Source of the DNA: Octopus sinensis
Taxonomy: Eukaryota
Length of the DNA stretch: 64,000 nucleotides
Reading direction: 5' to 3'
Assembly (NCBI RefSeq): GCF_006345805.1
Contig: NW_021833427.1
Location: forward strand, 11,018 to 75,017
Each line of letters begins with the position of its first letter. Positions within the stretch are counted from its first letter, which is position 1. Below the pieces are notes generated by a model. The model ran no database searches, was not told the DNA's origin, and was given only the letters and a program-made list of their open reading frames with translations. The translations under genes and the position numbers were made by a program. Shown here one piece after another: positions 13,508-27,210 of the stretch.

Positions 13508-13897
13508 TCTTTACTCTTTTTACTTGTTTCAGTCATTTTGACTGCGGCCATGCTGGAGCACCGCCTTTAATCGAGCAACTCGACCCCGGGACTTATTCTT
13601 TGTAAGCCCAGTACTTATTCTATCGGTCTCTTTCGCCGAACCGCTAAGTGACGGGGACATAAACACACCAGCATCGGTTGTCAAGCAATGCTAGGGGGAC
13701 AAACACAGACACACAAACATACACGCACATTCATATCTATGTACATATACGACGGGCTTCTTTCAGTTTCCGTCTACCAAATCCACTCACAAGGCTTTGT
13801 TTGGCCCGAGGCTATAGTAGAAGACACTTGCCCAAGGTGCCATGCAGTGGGACTGAACCCGAAACCATGTGGTTGGTAAACAAGCTACTTACCACAC
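13508..13897 (-). mobile_element. SINE family A, near full length
   Basis: Reverse complement of 4835-5253. Confidence 0.9.
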
Positions 13898-14317
13898 CGG
13901 TGATATCATGTAGCTTGTTCATGAAGTATACATCTGTTTCCGATGAAAAATTGTTCTAAAGAAAGAAATACAACAAAGTGACAAGAGAGGAGAAGAATCG
14001 ATCCCAGAACTGGAACATTGATTTATCTATCGACTCTGAAATAATCGAAGCGTGTTGGATCACAATGAGATTTTAACCAAGAAGTCTGGAACAAATGCTG
14101 CAACGCATTCCAACGATTCAGACAGCAGGTACACTGAGAAGAAATGACGGCGATTGCAGGTGGGTGTTCACACCTGGTTTGCAGTAGTTATAGTGAAACT
14201 TACTGTTTGGCTTTTTTTAGAACAGGATGAGTATCACAGCATCTCTTTACCATTCTCTGTAAATCTGAATCTTTGAATTTTGCAAAAATTTAGCAAAAAG
14301 AGAAATGTGAAAGTACA

Positions 14318-14623
14318 GTTCTATATTTAAGAGATGAGGAATTATGTACATTATTTACATTATTTACATTTGATGGATATTTGTCCTCATCTTGTTTGTT
14401 GTTAACACAATGTTTTGGCTGATATACCCTCCAGCCTTCTTCAAGTGTCTTGGGGAAATTTCGAGCCTGGGTTCTCATTCCTATCGTATTTTTCGATATT
14501 ATTATTATTATTATTATTATTATTGTTATTATCATTCGGGTCACTGCCTGGAATCGAACACGGAATCTTGGGGTTAGAAGCCCGCGCTCTTAACCACTAC
14601 GTCGTATGCCCGTGAGCATATGG
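14318..14623 (-). mobile_element. tRNA-headed SINE containing a hammerhead-like motif
   Basis: tRNA-like head 14611-14538 (GTAGTGGTTAAGAGCG...GTGTTCGATTCC), (AAT)n linker and hammerhead-like fold 14449-14404. Flanking direct repeat AAGTACA at 14311-14317 and 14624-14630. Confidence 0.75.
14404..14449 (-). ncRNA. degenerate minimal type I hammerhead motif
   Basis: GACAC-TTGAAGA-A-GGCTG-(10 nt)-CAGCC-AAAA-CA-TT-GTGTT. Helices I and II pair fully. The core has transitions relative to CTGANGA and GAAACG. Confidence 0.55.
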
Positions 14624-14955
14624 AAGTACATATATTTCAAAAGTTTAATTTAAATCACCGCAGTGATTACACTGGGCAGGGATTACCAGCCACGCCCTTC
14701 AATAAGTTGGTGTTTTAACTCTGCCCATTCGTCCAGAGACGGAATGATCTTTGGATGTTTCTCCCTGGACCCCTTTCCAAATTCCCTCGATGGGTAAGGA
14801 GTAAAATTAGTGTATTTTCTACTGAAATACCTGTTGTACCCCCATCAATTGACCACCGGCACACATGACACAAGATGAATTGTTTTAGGGTGGGAAATAA
14901 GAATAGCGCCGGGAGATTAACTCGGTTAATATTCAGGTATGGAATTTGAGAGTCT

Positions 14956-15510
14956 GGGGAAACCTCTGACTATGGTTGAGTGAAACCTCGAATTATGGTT
15001 GGGGGAAACCTCGAATTATGGTTGGGGGAAACCTCGGATTATGGTTGAGGGAAACCTCGGATTATGGTTGAGGGAAACCTCGAATTATGGTTGGGGGAAA
15101 CCTCGGATTATGGTTGGGGGAAACCTCGGATTATGGTTGAGGGAAACCTCGGATTATGGTTGGGGGAAACCTCGGATTATGGTTGGGGGAAACCTCGGAT
15201 TATGGTTGAGGGAAACCTCGGATTATGGTTGAGGGAAACCTCGAATTATGGTTGAGTGAAACCTCGGATTATGGTTGACGGAAACCTCGGATTATGGTTG
15301 AGTGAAACCTCGGATTATGGTTGAGGGAAACCTCGAATTATGGTTGGGGGAAACATCGGATTATGGTTGAGGGAAACCTCGGATTATGGTTGAGGGAAAC
15401 CTCGGATTATGGTTGAGGGAAACCTCGGATTATGGTTGAGGGAAAACTCGGATTGTGGTTGGGGGAAACCTCGGATTATGGTTGGGGGAAACCTCGGATT
15501 ATGGTGGGGA
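14956..15510. repeat. 23-bp minisatellite GGAAACCTCGGATTATGGTTGAG, about 24 copies
   Basis: Contiguous units with no spacers. Variation is mainly at two sites (CGG/CGA and GAG/GGG). Confidence 0.95.
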
Positions 15511-15649
15511 GGGTCTCAGATAAGTCTGTGGTTGATGGGGAAATTTCGGATAATTGTGAGATTGGGCATGTAGATATGATTCTGGGTTGAGATATTTGCT
15601 CCACCCTAGGAAGGAACAAAGTTCATATGATTAACCTCATTATATGGAT

Positions 15650-15860
15650 TCTAAATTTTGGCATAAGGCAAGCGATTTCGTGGGAGGGGATAAGTCGATT
15701 ACATCAACCCCGGTGTTCAACCGGTACTTATTTTAGCGATCTTGAGAGAATGAAAGGCAAAATCGACCTCGGCAGGATTTGAACTCATAACGTAATGACA
15801 AGCGAAATGTCGCTAAGCAAATTGCCTGACGTGTTTATGATTCTGCCAGCTCTCCGCCTT
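15650..15860 (-). mobile_element. SINE family B (diverged)
   Basis: Contains gaatgaaaggcaaaatcgacctcggcaggatttgaactc...ctgccagctc. Confidence 0.8.
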
Positions 15861-16642
15861 GTTTAACCTCTTTGTATTAATTACTGTTCGTATTGAAGAA
15901 CTTTTGGAAATTTAGAATTGGTCCACAGTGAAATATAGAATGGTGAGAATCTGATAAAGAAGAGCTGGTTTGAAATACTAAGTTTTATGGTCAACGGTAA
16001 AAGAGCGGCGGGCGTGGCCCTGACGTTTGTAGGACCCAGCTGTTGACTGATAAGATTAACCTGATGACTGATAATCATCTACAGACCAATTACTACAGAG
16101 TTAAACGTGGGTGGGTAGAGAGGAAATTATGGGTGTGGTCTGAATATCTGCAAGAGAGTGACCCCACAACGAAGCAGGTGGTGGTATTAAACGGATCGGG
16201 ATATCAAACGTCTACCACCTTGTAGAAAAGGACAGGATAATGGTGATAGGAGCAGAGGGACGGGTGGTTTGGGTTTAACGTAGTCAACTTAGTTGAAGCA
16301 TTTTGAAAGAAGGAACGTCAATAAAACGGTGACATATATGTTTGTGTTTGACGATTGTTCAGTTGGGGGCGAGTGGAGGGTGTTGGAATACACTAGACTG
16401 ATAAACAGCTTCGAGCGACCTCTATCGTAGAATGAGAAAATTTATCTATGAATCAAGATGATGTGTGAGCGAAAAGGTGATGAGGTGTGGTTATGGTGTT
16501 GGCGGTGGTGGTGGCGGTGGTGGCGGTGGTGGCGGTGGTTGAAGTGGTGATGATATGCTGCGTGGTATGTTATGGCGGTGGTTGTGGGATGTTGTGGCGG
16601 CAGGGGGTGGTTGTTGTTGTTGTTCTTGTTGTTGTGGTGGTG

Positions 16643-16694
<52 letters not shown>

Positions 16695-16864
16695 GGGTTA
16701 GATTCACAGAAGCTGATCTTCAGAGAAGCATTTGCCGGCTGACTGAGTCACAAATCACTTTGGTGGATTGCACCCGGGGTAGTTAACAACATTTACACAC
16801 ACACACACACACATGCACACGTACACACACACACACACACACACACCACACACAAACACACACA

Positions 16865-16901
<37 letters not shown>

Positions 16902-17040
16902 CACACACACGTACACACACACACACACACACTCATACACACGCACACAACACACACCACACAACCACACACACACACACACACACTCATACACACGCAC
17001 ACACACACGTACACACACACACACCACACACCACTCATAC

Positions 17041-17094
<54 letters not shown>

Positions 17095-17198
17095 AGAATA
17101 AAGAAAGAACGAAAAGGCAAAAAAAAGACAAGGAAAAAGTAACAAAAATGAAATGAAAATTGAAGAAACGGAAACGTTGAAAGTTGGATGTGAATGGA

Positions 17199-17249
<51 letters not shown>

Positions 17250-17709
17250 GTGTGTGTGTGTGTGTGTGTGTAAAGGCTACAAAGTGAGGGATTTCTTCAA
17301 GTAGAACCACCAATTGAACATGAAAGATAGGTGCAACCCAATCTTGTTGATATCTTATTAAAACAGGTAACCCGACACTGTTTTAGCCAAAGGCTTCGTT
17401 TGGATATCTCCTACCTGTCAAACCTCACCTCCAATTAAACACACCGCCACCACCACCACCCACTTTCACAGCTAAACATATCTTTTATTCTATCCTTTCT
17501 TCTGTCTCCTCTTTCTAACTCTCTTTCTCTCTCCCCATATCAGTGTCTCTCTCTCTCTCTCATTCTCTCTCATTCTCTAATCTCTTTCATTCTCTCCCTC
17601 TCTCTTCCATTCTATCTCTCTGTCTTCCCCTCTCTCCTTTTTTCGTTTCTCCCCTATTTTTAGATTATCATCTCTTTCTACTTTTACTCTTTTTCTCTCC
17701 CTCTTTTCC

Positions 17710-17784
<75 letters not shown>

Positions 17785-17900
17785 TCCTGCCATAACATTT
17801 GTCTTGCTCAGCCTCCTCATCTGCCAACATGTCGACCAACAGCCACAGAAGGTAATGTCTGACCTTCAATTCGTGTTTACCTTACACATACAACCACATT

Positions 17901-18585
17901 ATTAGTTCGTCCGTCGTTCTCGACGATGACCAAGGACAAGAAGAAGACGGGGCACGGTGTGTCCAGCTGTGGCCGATCAGTCCGATATATGTCCGAAAGG
18001 CTCTGCCGCAGATCGGACACCGGTGGTCAGTTGGGACTAAATGCAAGGAGTTGCCTCTGGACTTGCGTAATTCGCATTTTCTTCGTGACTCTGCGAGACT
18101 GTTCCGTTCATAGGAAGTAGCACTTCTGCTAGTGCATCTTCGCTTGGCCGGGCGGCCTTGTGTTCGCGTTTCTCAGGGGTCGAGGTTGGTCTCAAATCTC
18201 TTCAGTGAGGCTTTGAGTGAGTCCTTAAAGTGCTTTTTCCTGTCCAGCTTGCGTGCGCTTGCGCTGTAAAACAATCTCTTGAGAGAGTCACGTGTCAGAC
18301 GTTCCAACAAGCTGGGCTGCTCACCTGACTTGCGCTCTCTTCAGCAGTGTGTAAATGCTTGACAGGTCAGCTTGAGAGAGGACCTTCGTGTCTGAGACCT
18401 TGTCTTGCCAAGTGATTCTCAGCAGCTTTCTCAGACACTTCCTGTGGAAATGGTTCAGCTTTTTGGCGTGGCGTTCGCAAACCGTCCAAGACTCGCCGGC
18501 ATAAAGTAATGTAGGCTTGGTACATTACTTTACCTGCTTGGTACACCTTCAATTTCGTGGTCGGCCAAATGTCTCTCCTCCCTCA
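17901..18585 (-). mobile_element. 5'-truncated RTE-clade LINE (C-terminus and 3' UTR), pseudogenised
   Basis: Minus-strand translation TKLKVYQA...LLYAGESWTV...KLNHFHRKCLRKLLRITWQDKVSDTKVL...HFKDSLKASLK...CPICGRAFRTYIGLIGH with stops and frameshifts. RTE-type 3' end tggtcatcgtcgagaacgacggacgaac followed by TAA repeats. Confidence 0.85.
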
Positions 18586-19687
18586 CACTGATTAAGATGC
18601 CGTTACAGTATGATTGGAGGAAGATATAGCTACTGTTTCCAGGCGGTTGTGATGCTCCCTCGTCGGTCCAATGTTGTAGTAGGAGAACAATATATGGAAT
18701 CTCCAGAATTCTTGGAACAATACAAGAGACTTAGTTGTAAAAGCACGGAAAACTGTTTGGCTTAACAATAGACTCAACATCTTTGGAAAACAGGAAATCG
18801 GGGCACCGAACTAGAAACAACATTGCCAAACTACACCACCACAACCACCATCCTCATCACCACCGCCACCACCACCACCATCTCTGTTGTCAGTTCCAAT
18901 GGCCTTGACTTCTAATGACATTGTTTTGAATTTTTCCAAAACTGCCAGAACTGTTTCTGATTAGCTCACCTTCCACCATCACCATCACCACCACCATTAT
19001 CACCACCATCACTACCACCACCACCACCGTCAACACTAACACTCACACTACCGCCACAAGCACAACTGATGGCTTCAACCATCAACACCATTACCACTAC
19101 CACCGATACCAACACCAATACTACAAACAATAGCGATACGACAAATTATCACTGGCACCGCCACCACCGGCACCACCTCCTCCACACTGCCGGCACCACT
19201 AGCGCCGCTACCACACATTATCTCTCACATCCGGGTTATATGTAAACCAGTTATAAAAATAACATTTTACATCTAATTAACTGCCATCTTTATTTCCTCC
19301 AATGACCCTGCCTGTCTGCCTGTCTACCTGTCTGTCAGTTTGGCTTTGGCAATGTATGTGTGTGTATATGTATGTATGTGTGTGTATGTATGTGTGTGTA
19401 TGTATGTATGCGTGTTTATGTACGTGTGTGTATGTATGTATGCGTGTGTATGTACGTGTGTGTGTGTATGTATGTGTGTATGTATGTATGTGTGTATGTA
19501 TGTATGTTTGTATGTATGTGTGTATGTGTGTGTATGTGTATATGTATGTAATGTATTTATGTATGTATGTAGTGCATATATGTATGTATGTTTGTATATA
19601 TGCGTGTATGTATGCATGCATGTATATATGTATTATGTATGAATGTATGTCTGTATGTATGTTTGTATGTGTGTGTATATGTATGTG

Positions 19688-19719
<32 letters not shown>

Positions 19720-20840
19720 TGTATGTATCTGTGTATGCATGTATGCATGTATGTATGTATATAAAGATGTAAGGGTGTATGTATGCCTCTACGTACATGT
19801 GTATGAAAGGATGTATATATATATGTATGTATGTATGTAGGTGTATGTGATTGTGTATCAATGTATATGTATGTATGTGCATGTATGTATGTATGTACAT
19901 ATGTATGACGTGTGTACGTGTATGTAACTGTACCTGTATGTGTGTGTACGTATGTACGTATGTATATGTATGTGCGCACGTGCGCGTATGTGTGTGTCCC
20001 CTTGTCTGGCTGTCCGTCTGTCTGTCTGTCTGTCTCTATGTCCGCTCCTCCTTATATTTATCCAATACCACCAATCCTGTAATTCCTTCCTCAGATTATC
20101 ATCCTTCCCCGCCACCTCCACCACCCCCCCCCCCACCACCAGAATCGCCAGCGTCACGTGACACATCCCCACCAACACCCCTATCATGTGATTAAAAAAC
20201 TTCAACCCCATCACGTGGCAGGCCATATTTTCCCACGTAAAATATGGACTGAAAGAAAGTTAGTTTATTGTGTGCGTACGTGTGTGTATATACATACAAA
20301 CATACATACATGCATGCATGCATGCATACATACATACATACATACATACATACATACATACACACATACATACATACATACATACATACATACATACACA
20401 CATACATACATACATACATACATACATACATACAAACATACATACATACATACATACATACATACATACATACATACATACATACATACATACATACATA
20501 CACACATACATACATACATACATACACACATATATACATACATACACATCATACATACATACATACATACATACATACACCTACATACATACATACATAC
20601 ATACATACATACATACATACATACATACATACACACATACATACATACATACATACATACATACATACATACATACATACATACACACATACATACATAC
20701 ATACATACATACATACATACATACATACATACATACATGTTATGCATGCCAGGGTCGACATTCTATTTCATCCTTTAGGATAAACGCAGTAAAAGTTGCT
20801 TGCTTTGTGACGAAATTTGGAACAGTTGTTATATATTATA

Positions 20841-21150
20841 GCTCTTTTGTATGACCAACGAACAGAGGGATACTGCGGTCAAGGAAGACCCGTCCTGAGG
20901 TACAATGACAATTTGAAGCAATCATTAAAACCTCTAGAACTTAATTTGACATCTTGGAAAAGTTATTGACTTGATCAATCTGCCTGGCGTAAAATGAGCC
21001 ATGATGTATCAAAACCATTTGCGTTGAAGAAACAGAACAATGAAAGAACTATATCTTGCAACCAGCAGACATGTCTGTTTAATCCCAGGCAAAATCAATA
21101 TTCCCATAGAAAAATCCATACCTGGGCTCAAATTATTCTCGCATCCATCG
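20841..21150 (+). mobile_element. RTE-clade LINE C-terminal fragment
   Basis: Translation LLYDQRTEGYCGQGRPVLRYNDNLKQSLK...SW...DQSAWRK, with an internal stop. Confidence 0.65.
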
Positions 21151-21203
21151 CAATTATATACAGCTTCTTTTATTTTTAAATTGTCTTTTTTCCTCATTTT
21201 CCC

Positions 21204-21431
<228 letters not shown>

Positions 21432-21543
21432 AAGTGTGTGGATCGGTTGGTCGGTCAAAAGGCTTAATGGTCATTAGGTTCGGCTATCAGATTCCACCCA
21501 GCTCGATACATATCTCTATATGTGTGGGAATGTATATATATAT

Positions 21544-21728
21544 AGTTAATCCAAACATGAAAACACAAAGAGAAAACACAACAACGCGAGGACGTGGAAC
21601 AAATATAGTGTTATTGGACGCTCAGGAAAGGAAAGAAAGAAGGGGGATTTGACGTTTCGAGAGGAGCTCTTCGTCGGAAACATAGAAAAAGGAAAGATCC
21701 AAGGAAGGGAAGACCAAGAAAGAAAATC

Positions 21729-21731
<3 letters not shown>
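21544..21731 (-). mobile_element. Penelope-like terminal-repeat fragment with hammerhead-like motif
   Basis: Minus strand CCGACGAAGAGCTCCTCTCGAAACGTC (21677-21651), flanked by (TA)n on both sides. Confidence 0.5.
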
Positions 21732-21808
<77 letters not shown>

Positions 21809-23098
21809 TGTTTTAGAGAGAGAGAGAGAGTGTGTGTGTGTGTGTGTGTGTATGTCCAAAGCTGTAGTACAGTGGAATTGAAACAGCTTTCACGTAGTTG
21901 CAAAGTATACTTACACAGCTACAATTTGAAACCGTGTCGACCATGCTCCACATATTGTTGTTGTTCTTTAATCCCAGGTCAAGGTCCATGCAGCAGATAC
22001 ATAGGCAAAAGCGCTCCACCCGTTACACTCAAGATTTTTTTTCTTCACACATGGTATATCTAACACACCCATTATCCCGTGTGGCCTTCCATTCTTAGAC
22101 GGCATAGTGGAATTTGAGGGAGATCCGACTGCTGTTTTTTAACAGTTCAAGCGAACTGGTCATGGCAGTGAGTGATGTGAAATACTTCTCCCCGGGATGT
22201 GGAGTTAAGCCACTGATTCGGTAGGGAAGGTGCTTACCTCTGTAGATTCTAACAACGGAGCGATGTTAACATTCCACAGCTGTCGCAACACGTTCTTCAA
22301 CTGCAGACATTCTTGTATTTTGGCTTCACGGATATCTCTCATTAAACATAAAACCCCTTTATTACCCCTTTTTCTTCTTTTACTTCGTCACTTCTCTCTT
22401 TATTACAAAGAGGGCGCTACTTGCGATCTTTACTGATAACTGCCTCTCGTTAATGTGCTCCCTGAAAACTAAATTCTAAGCGATAGCATTATAAACATTC
22501 ATGTGGAGTGGGATACGGAGCGGGGGTGGGGGTTAATAAGGGAGGGAGGTCATACGGAGAGGAGAGAGGGTCGAGGATGGATAGGGGACGGAGGGGGGGC
22601 TTTAGTCTGAGTCTCTTAATTTTTTCCTTTTCTTTTTTGTTTTGAAGATTGAAGACGATAGAATCTCAGAACGACACAGAATGAGGGGGGAAGAGCGAGA
22701 GGAGAAAATTAGAGGAAGTGAGAGGATGGGGGTTGAAAGATGAAGAAGACGGTGTAGATGAGGAGGAGGGAGGATGTGAGGGTGAGGGAGAATGAAGCGT
22801 GGGTGGGAGATATATGGGTACATGTATGACACCCTAAGGGGCCTCAACGAGACAGGGTGCGTTGGCGGTTTGGAGTTTGCTTAGACAAACACAAGACACA
22901 TACATATGCACAAGCACACACACACACACACACACATATAATATAATATATGTGTGTGTGTGTGTGTATATACATTGACATGTACTCTTACATACATACA
23001 TACATACAGGCACACATATATAACATGTGTTGTGGTGTTTATATATATATATATTATATATATATATATATGATGTTTTGCGTTCTTGTCCCATTTTG

Positions 23099-23164
<66 letters not shown>

Positions 23165-23821
23165 CATATGGCGTGTACATGTATTTGTGTGTGTATGTGT
23201 GCGTGCGTGTCTGTGTGTGGACATGCTGAAAAGAGCCTGGCCTTAGGTAAAAGAAAATAGAAGAGGATCAGTTAATTACGATTTTATTTCGACGATTCCT
23301 CCCTCAGAGTCCCTCATTTACTTCAGTCGTCCTTCGGTTATTTCTAAGCCCTGTACCACACTAAAAAAAATTTTTAAATATAAGATGGTTAAATAACTGC
23401 TACACCAGATGGGCGCAAAAAAAAAATACATGTATAGGTGTTAAGAAGATGTGTCTGTCTTTTTCTTGCTTTCTTTCTTTTTTTCTTTTCTTTTTTGCCA
23501 AAAAAAAAACGTTAGACATTAGAAGACGAATGTCTGGCGGGTTTAAAATCTAAAAAACAAGCAAGGGAGATAAGTCAATACTATAAGCTTGCCTAAACAT
23601 TTAGACAATAAATATTATGTAATTTAGTGCAGGTCTTGTCTTTAGAGCCAACAAGTTTATCGAACAGTTTTTAGTTTGTTCGATATATAACATATATGAG
23701 ACTATCTAGTGTACGTCTTCTTTTCTTGACAGATATGTATTATATATGTGTGTGTATGTCAGTGTGTGTGTGTGTATTTGAGTGCCTGCAAATACAAGTA
23801 TGTACATGTGTATGTATGTCA

Positions 23822-24599
23822 ATATTTAGTTTATTTCAAAATTTCTTGCCAATAGAGAAAGAGCCGGTTTCTAACCTAGATTCAAGGCTCCTTCATTGGA
23901 ACTTCAACAACATCAACAGGGTATTTTTGTATGTATGTATGTATGTATGTATGTAAGTATGTAAGTATGTAAGTATGTATGTATGTATGTATGTATGTAT
24001 TTATATAAGTATGTATGTATGTATGTATGTATGTATGTATGTATGTATGTGTGTATGTATGTATGTATGTATGTATGTGTGTATGTGTGTATGTATGTAT
24101 GTATGTATGTATGTATTTATATAAGTATGTATGTATGTATGTATGTCTGTATGTGTGTATGTATGTATGTATGTATGTATTTAGTATGTGTGTATGTTGT
24201 AGTATGTATGTATGTGTGTATGTATGTATGTATGTAGTGGTATGTATGTATGTATGTGTGTATGTAGTATGTATGTTGTATGTGTGTATGTATGTATTTA
24301 TGTATGTATGTATTATAAGTATGTATTTATGTATGTATGTATGTATGTGGTGTGTATGTATGTATGTATTTATGTAAGTATGTAGGTAGGTATGTTAGGT
24401 ATGTATGTATGTGTGTATGTATTATGTATGTATGTATGTATGTATGTAAGTATGTATGTGTATGTATGTATGTATGTATGTATTTATGTAAGTATGTATG
24501 TATTATGTATGTATGTATGTGGGTATGTATGTATGTATGTATGTATGTATGTATGTATGTAGTATGTATGTCTGTATGTTATTTATATAAGTATGTATG

Positions 24600-24630
<31 letters not shown>

Positions 24631-25286
24631 TGTATGTATGTTGTATGTATGTATGTATGTATGTTTTATATAAGTATGTATGTATGTATGTTATGTATGT
24701 ATGTATGTATGTGTGTATGTATGTATGTATTATGTAGTATGTATGTAGTGTATGTATGTATTTATATATTAATGTATGGTTTGTATTGTATGATGTCTGA
24801 TGTGGTGTATGTATGTAGTATTTATGTATGTATGTGTGTATGTATGTATGTATTTATGTATGTATGTATGTATTCATTTATGTATTATGTATGTATGTAT
24901 GTATGTATGTTTATGTATGTATGTATGTGTGGTATGTATGTATGTATGTATGTATGTGTGTGTCTGTATGTATGTATGTATGTAGTATGTGTGTATGTAG
25001 GTGTTGAGTATTTTGTATGTATGTTATGTAGTTATGTAAGTATGTATGTTGTAATGTATGTATTTATGTAAGTATGTATGTATGTATGTTGTATGTATGT
25101 GTGTATGTATGTATGTATGTATGTGTGTATGTATGTATGTATGTGTGTATTTATGTATTATGTTGGTATGTATGTATGTATGTATGTATTTATGTAAGTA
25201 TGTATGTAGTGTGTATGTATGTATGTATGTGTGTATGTATTATGTATGTATGTAGTATGTATGTATGTATGTATGTATTATGTAAG

Positions 25287-25317
<31 letters not shown>

Positions 25318-25707
25318 GTATGTTGTATGTGTGTATGTATGTATGTATGTATGTATGTATATAAGGATGGATGGATGAATGTACACATTTGTATGGTTTG
25401 TTTTATGCATGTATTCTCATGCATATAGTTACATATCTAGAAATGCTCATATATATTTAAATGATAAACTTCTGGAAAGTTTTACAGATTTTTACAGTTC
25501 CACTGATGGCTTGGATCTGTAGTCTTCGAATCAGCTTTCTCCTTTCTGGTTTTGAGAAGTGTAATTTCTGAAGATTAGTATTTAGGCAATGTATTACATG
25601 TCCCGGGGCCCCAATAATTACAGGTATAAACCTGAACTTGTAATATGGATAGAGTAACTGCAGATTTCTCAATAGTTCAGCATAGGTACTCACTTTTTCA
25701 CTGATCT
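23822..25707 (-). mobile_element. 3' end of a restriction-like-endonuclease (R4/Dong-type) LINE with an expanded (ATAC)n in its putative 3' UTR
   Basis: ORF 25457-25707 KLKISEKVSTYAELLRNLQLLYP...FIPVIIGAPG...QAISGTVKICKTF resembles the RLE C-terminus. The terminal block 23822-23930 has a diverged relative at about 32250-32355 (+). Linking the two ends into one element is inference. Confidence 0.6.
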
Positions 25708-26171
25708 TCAGCTTTATATATATATATATGTATGTTTATATGTGTATGTGTGTGTGTGTGTGTGTGGTGTGTGTGTGTGTGTGTGTGTGTGCAAACCCCC
25801 ACCACCGTATGTTCCTTTTCCCCTCCTTTCTTTAATTCCAAATTGCTTTTACCGTCATTCCTCAATTTATTCAAGAGATCAAATTTCTTTGGAGTTAAGA
25901 CAGACTACCACCACCACCACCACCACCACCATCACCACCACCACCACCACCATCACCACCACCACCACCACCATCACCACCACCACCACCACCACCACCA
26001 TCATCACATCCATTCACCAGCACCAGCATCACCAACACCACCATCGCCCATATAATATCTATTCCACACCGTTAATCCTGTCTGACTGACTGACTGTCTG
26101 CATGTCTTCGACAATCTAATTCCTGTGTATTCCACTCCTTAACCTCTTCAGTTTTAGCCAAAATATAGATC

Positions 26172-26218
26172 TGACCTTTGACCTTTAATTAAGGCAAGAT
26201 TTTTTTCACCTTTGACCT
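26172..26218. promoter_or_regulatory. two DR1 nuclear-receptor elements flanking a TAATTA site (candidate enhancer)
   Basis: TGACCTTTGACCT at 26172-26184 and TCACCTTTGACCT at 26206-26218. Motif match only. Confidence 0.3.
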
Positions 26219-26375
26219 TTACAGCTTGCCTGATTGCTGTTTCGATTACAGACCAAGTCCCTTTCACAACCCAACATCTACAACAACAAGAGGCATTCTT
26301 GCATCGTTTGACATGGAACTGACAAATTACTATTCTCTCTGCCTTGCCGGGATGCCCTCTCCCCACCCTCTCTCT

Positions 26376-26414
<39 letters not shown>

Positions 26415-26786
26415 TAATCTACCTCCCTGTGTCTCTCTTTCTCTCACTTAATTTCAATCTCTCTCGCTTTCTTTCTCTCTCTCTCTCTTTCCTACTTTCT
26501 ATCTCTCACTCTTAATTTCCTCCTGTTTATCTGTCTGTTTGTCTCTCTCTCTCACTCTCTCTCTATCTCACCCTCTTTCTCACTCTCTCTTAATCTCCCT
26601 CTGTCTGTCTCTCTTTCTTTCTGTCTATCTGTCTGCCTCTCTCTCTCTCTCTGTGTATCTATCTATCTCTTTCTGTCTCTGTCACTCTCTTAGTCTTCCT
26701 CTGTCTATTTCTTTCACTCTCTTAATCTCCCTCTTTCCTCTCTCTGTCCATCTGTCGGTCTGTTTCTTTCAATCTCTCAATCTCCC

Positions 26787-26828
<42 letters not shown>

Positions 26829-27210
26829 GTTTCTCTTCTTTCCTAGATTCCATCTCACTGCGTACCATGTCGACAAAGTGTCTTTACCTTTGCCTCGAGT
26901 CTATTTATGCCTCATGAATAAAATTGGGTTGACAGAAACGGTACGGAAGCCCATCAGATAGACTGCACCAGTAATCTATTTGTCCAGCTTTGTCCCATAA
27001 TTCGGTCTAAGAATTCCATTAGGAGCACACATGTCCGTAGAATACTCAGCCACTTATTCATTAATTTATCGATTCCGACGTACTGTTGTTTGAACAAGTG
27101 AGGAGTCATCGTCGAGAGAGGCGGAGAACCATTACTGCTTTGATCTGATAGTTCTAATTTAGTTATCCTGACATATCATCTATGTTTACTCCCTTCCCTC
27201 AATGGGGAGG

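Noticed and set aside
14538-14611. Genuine tRNA gene (also the heads at 12213, 44978 and the family A/B heads)
   Set aside because: The acceptor and D stems are broken and each head runs directly into a SINE body.
14956-15510. CRISPR array
   Set aside because: The units are contiguous with no unique spacers, there are no cas genes, and the context is eukaryotic.
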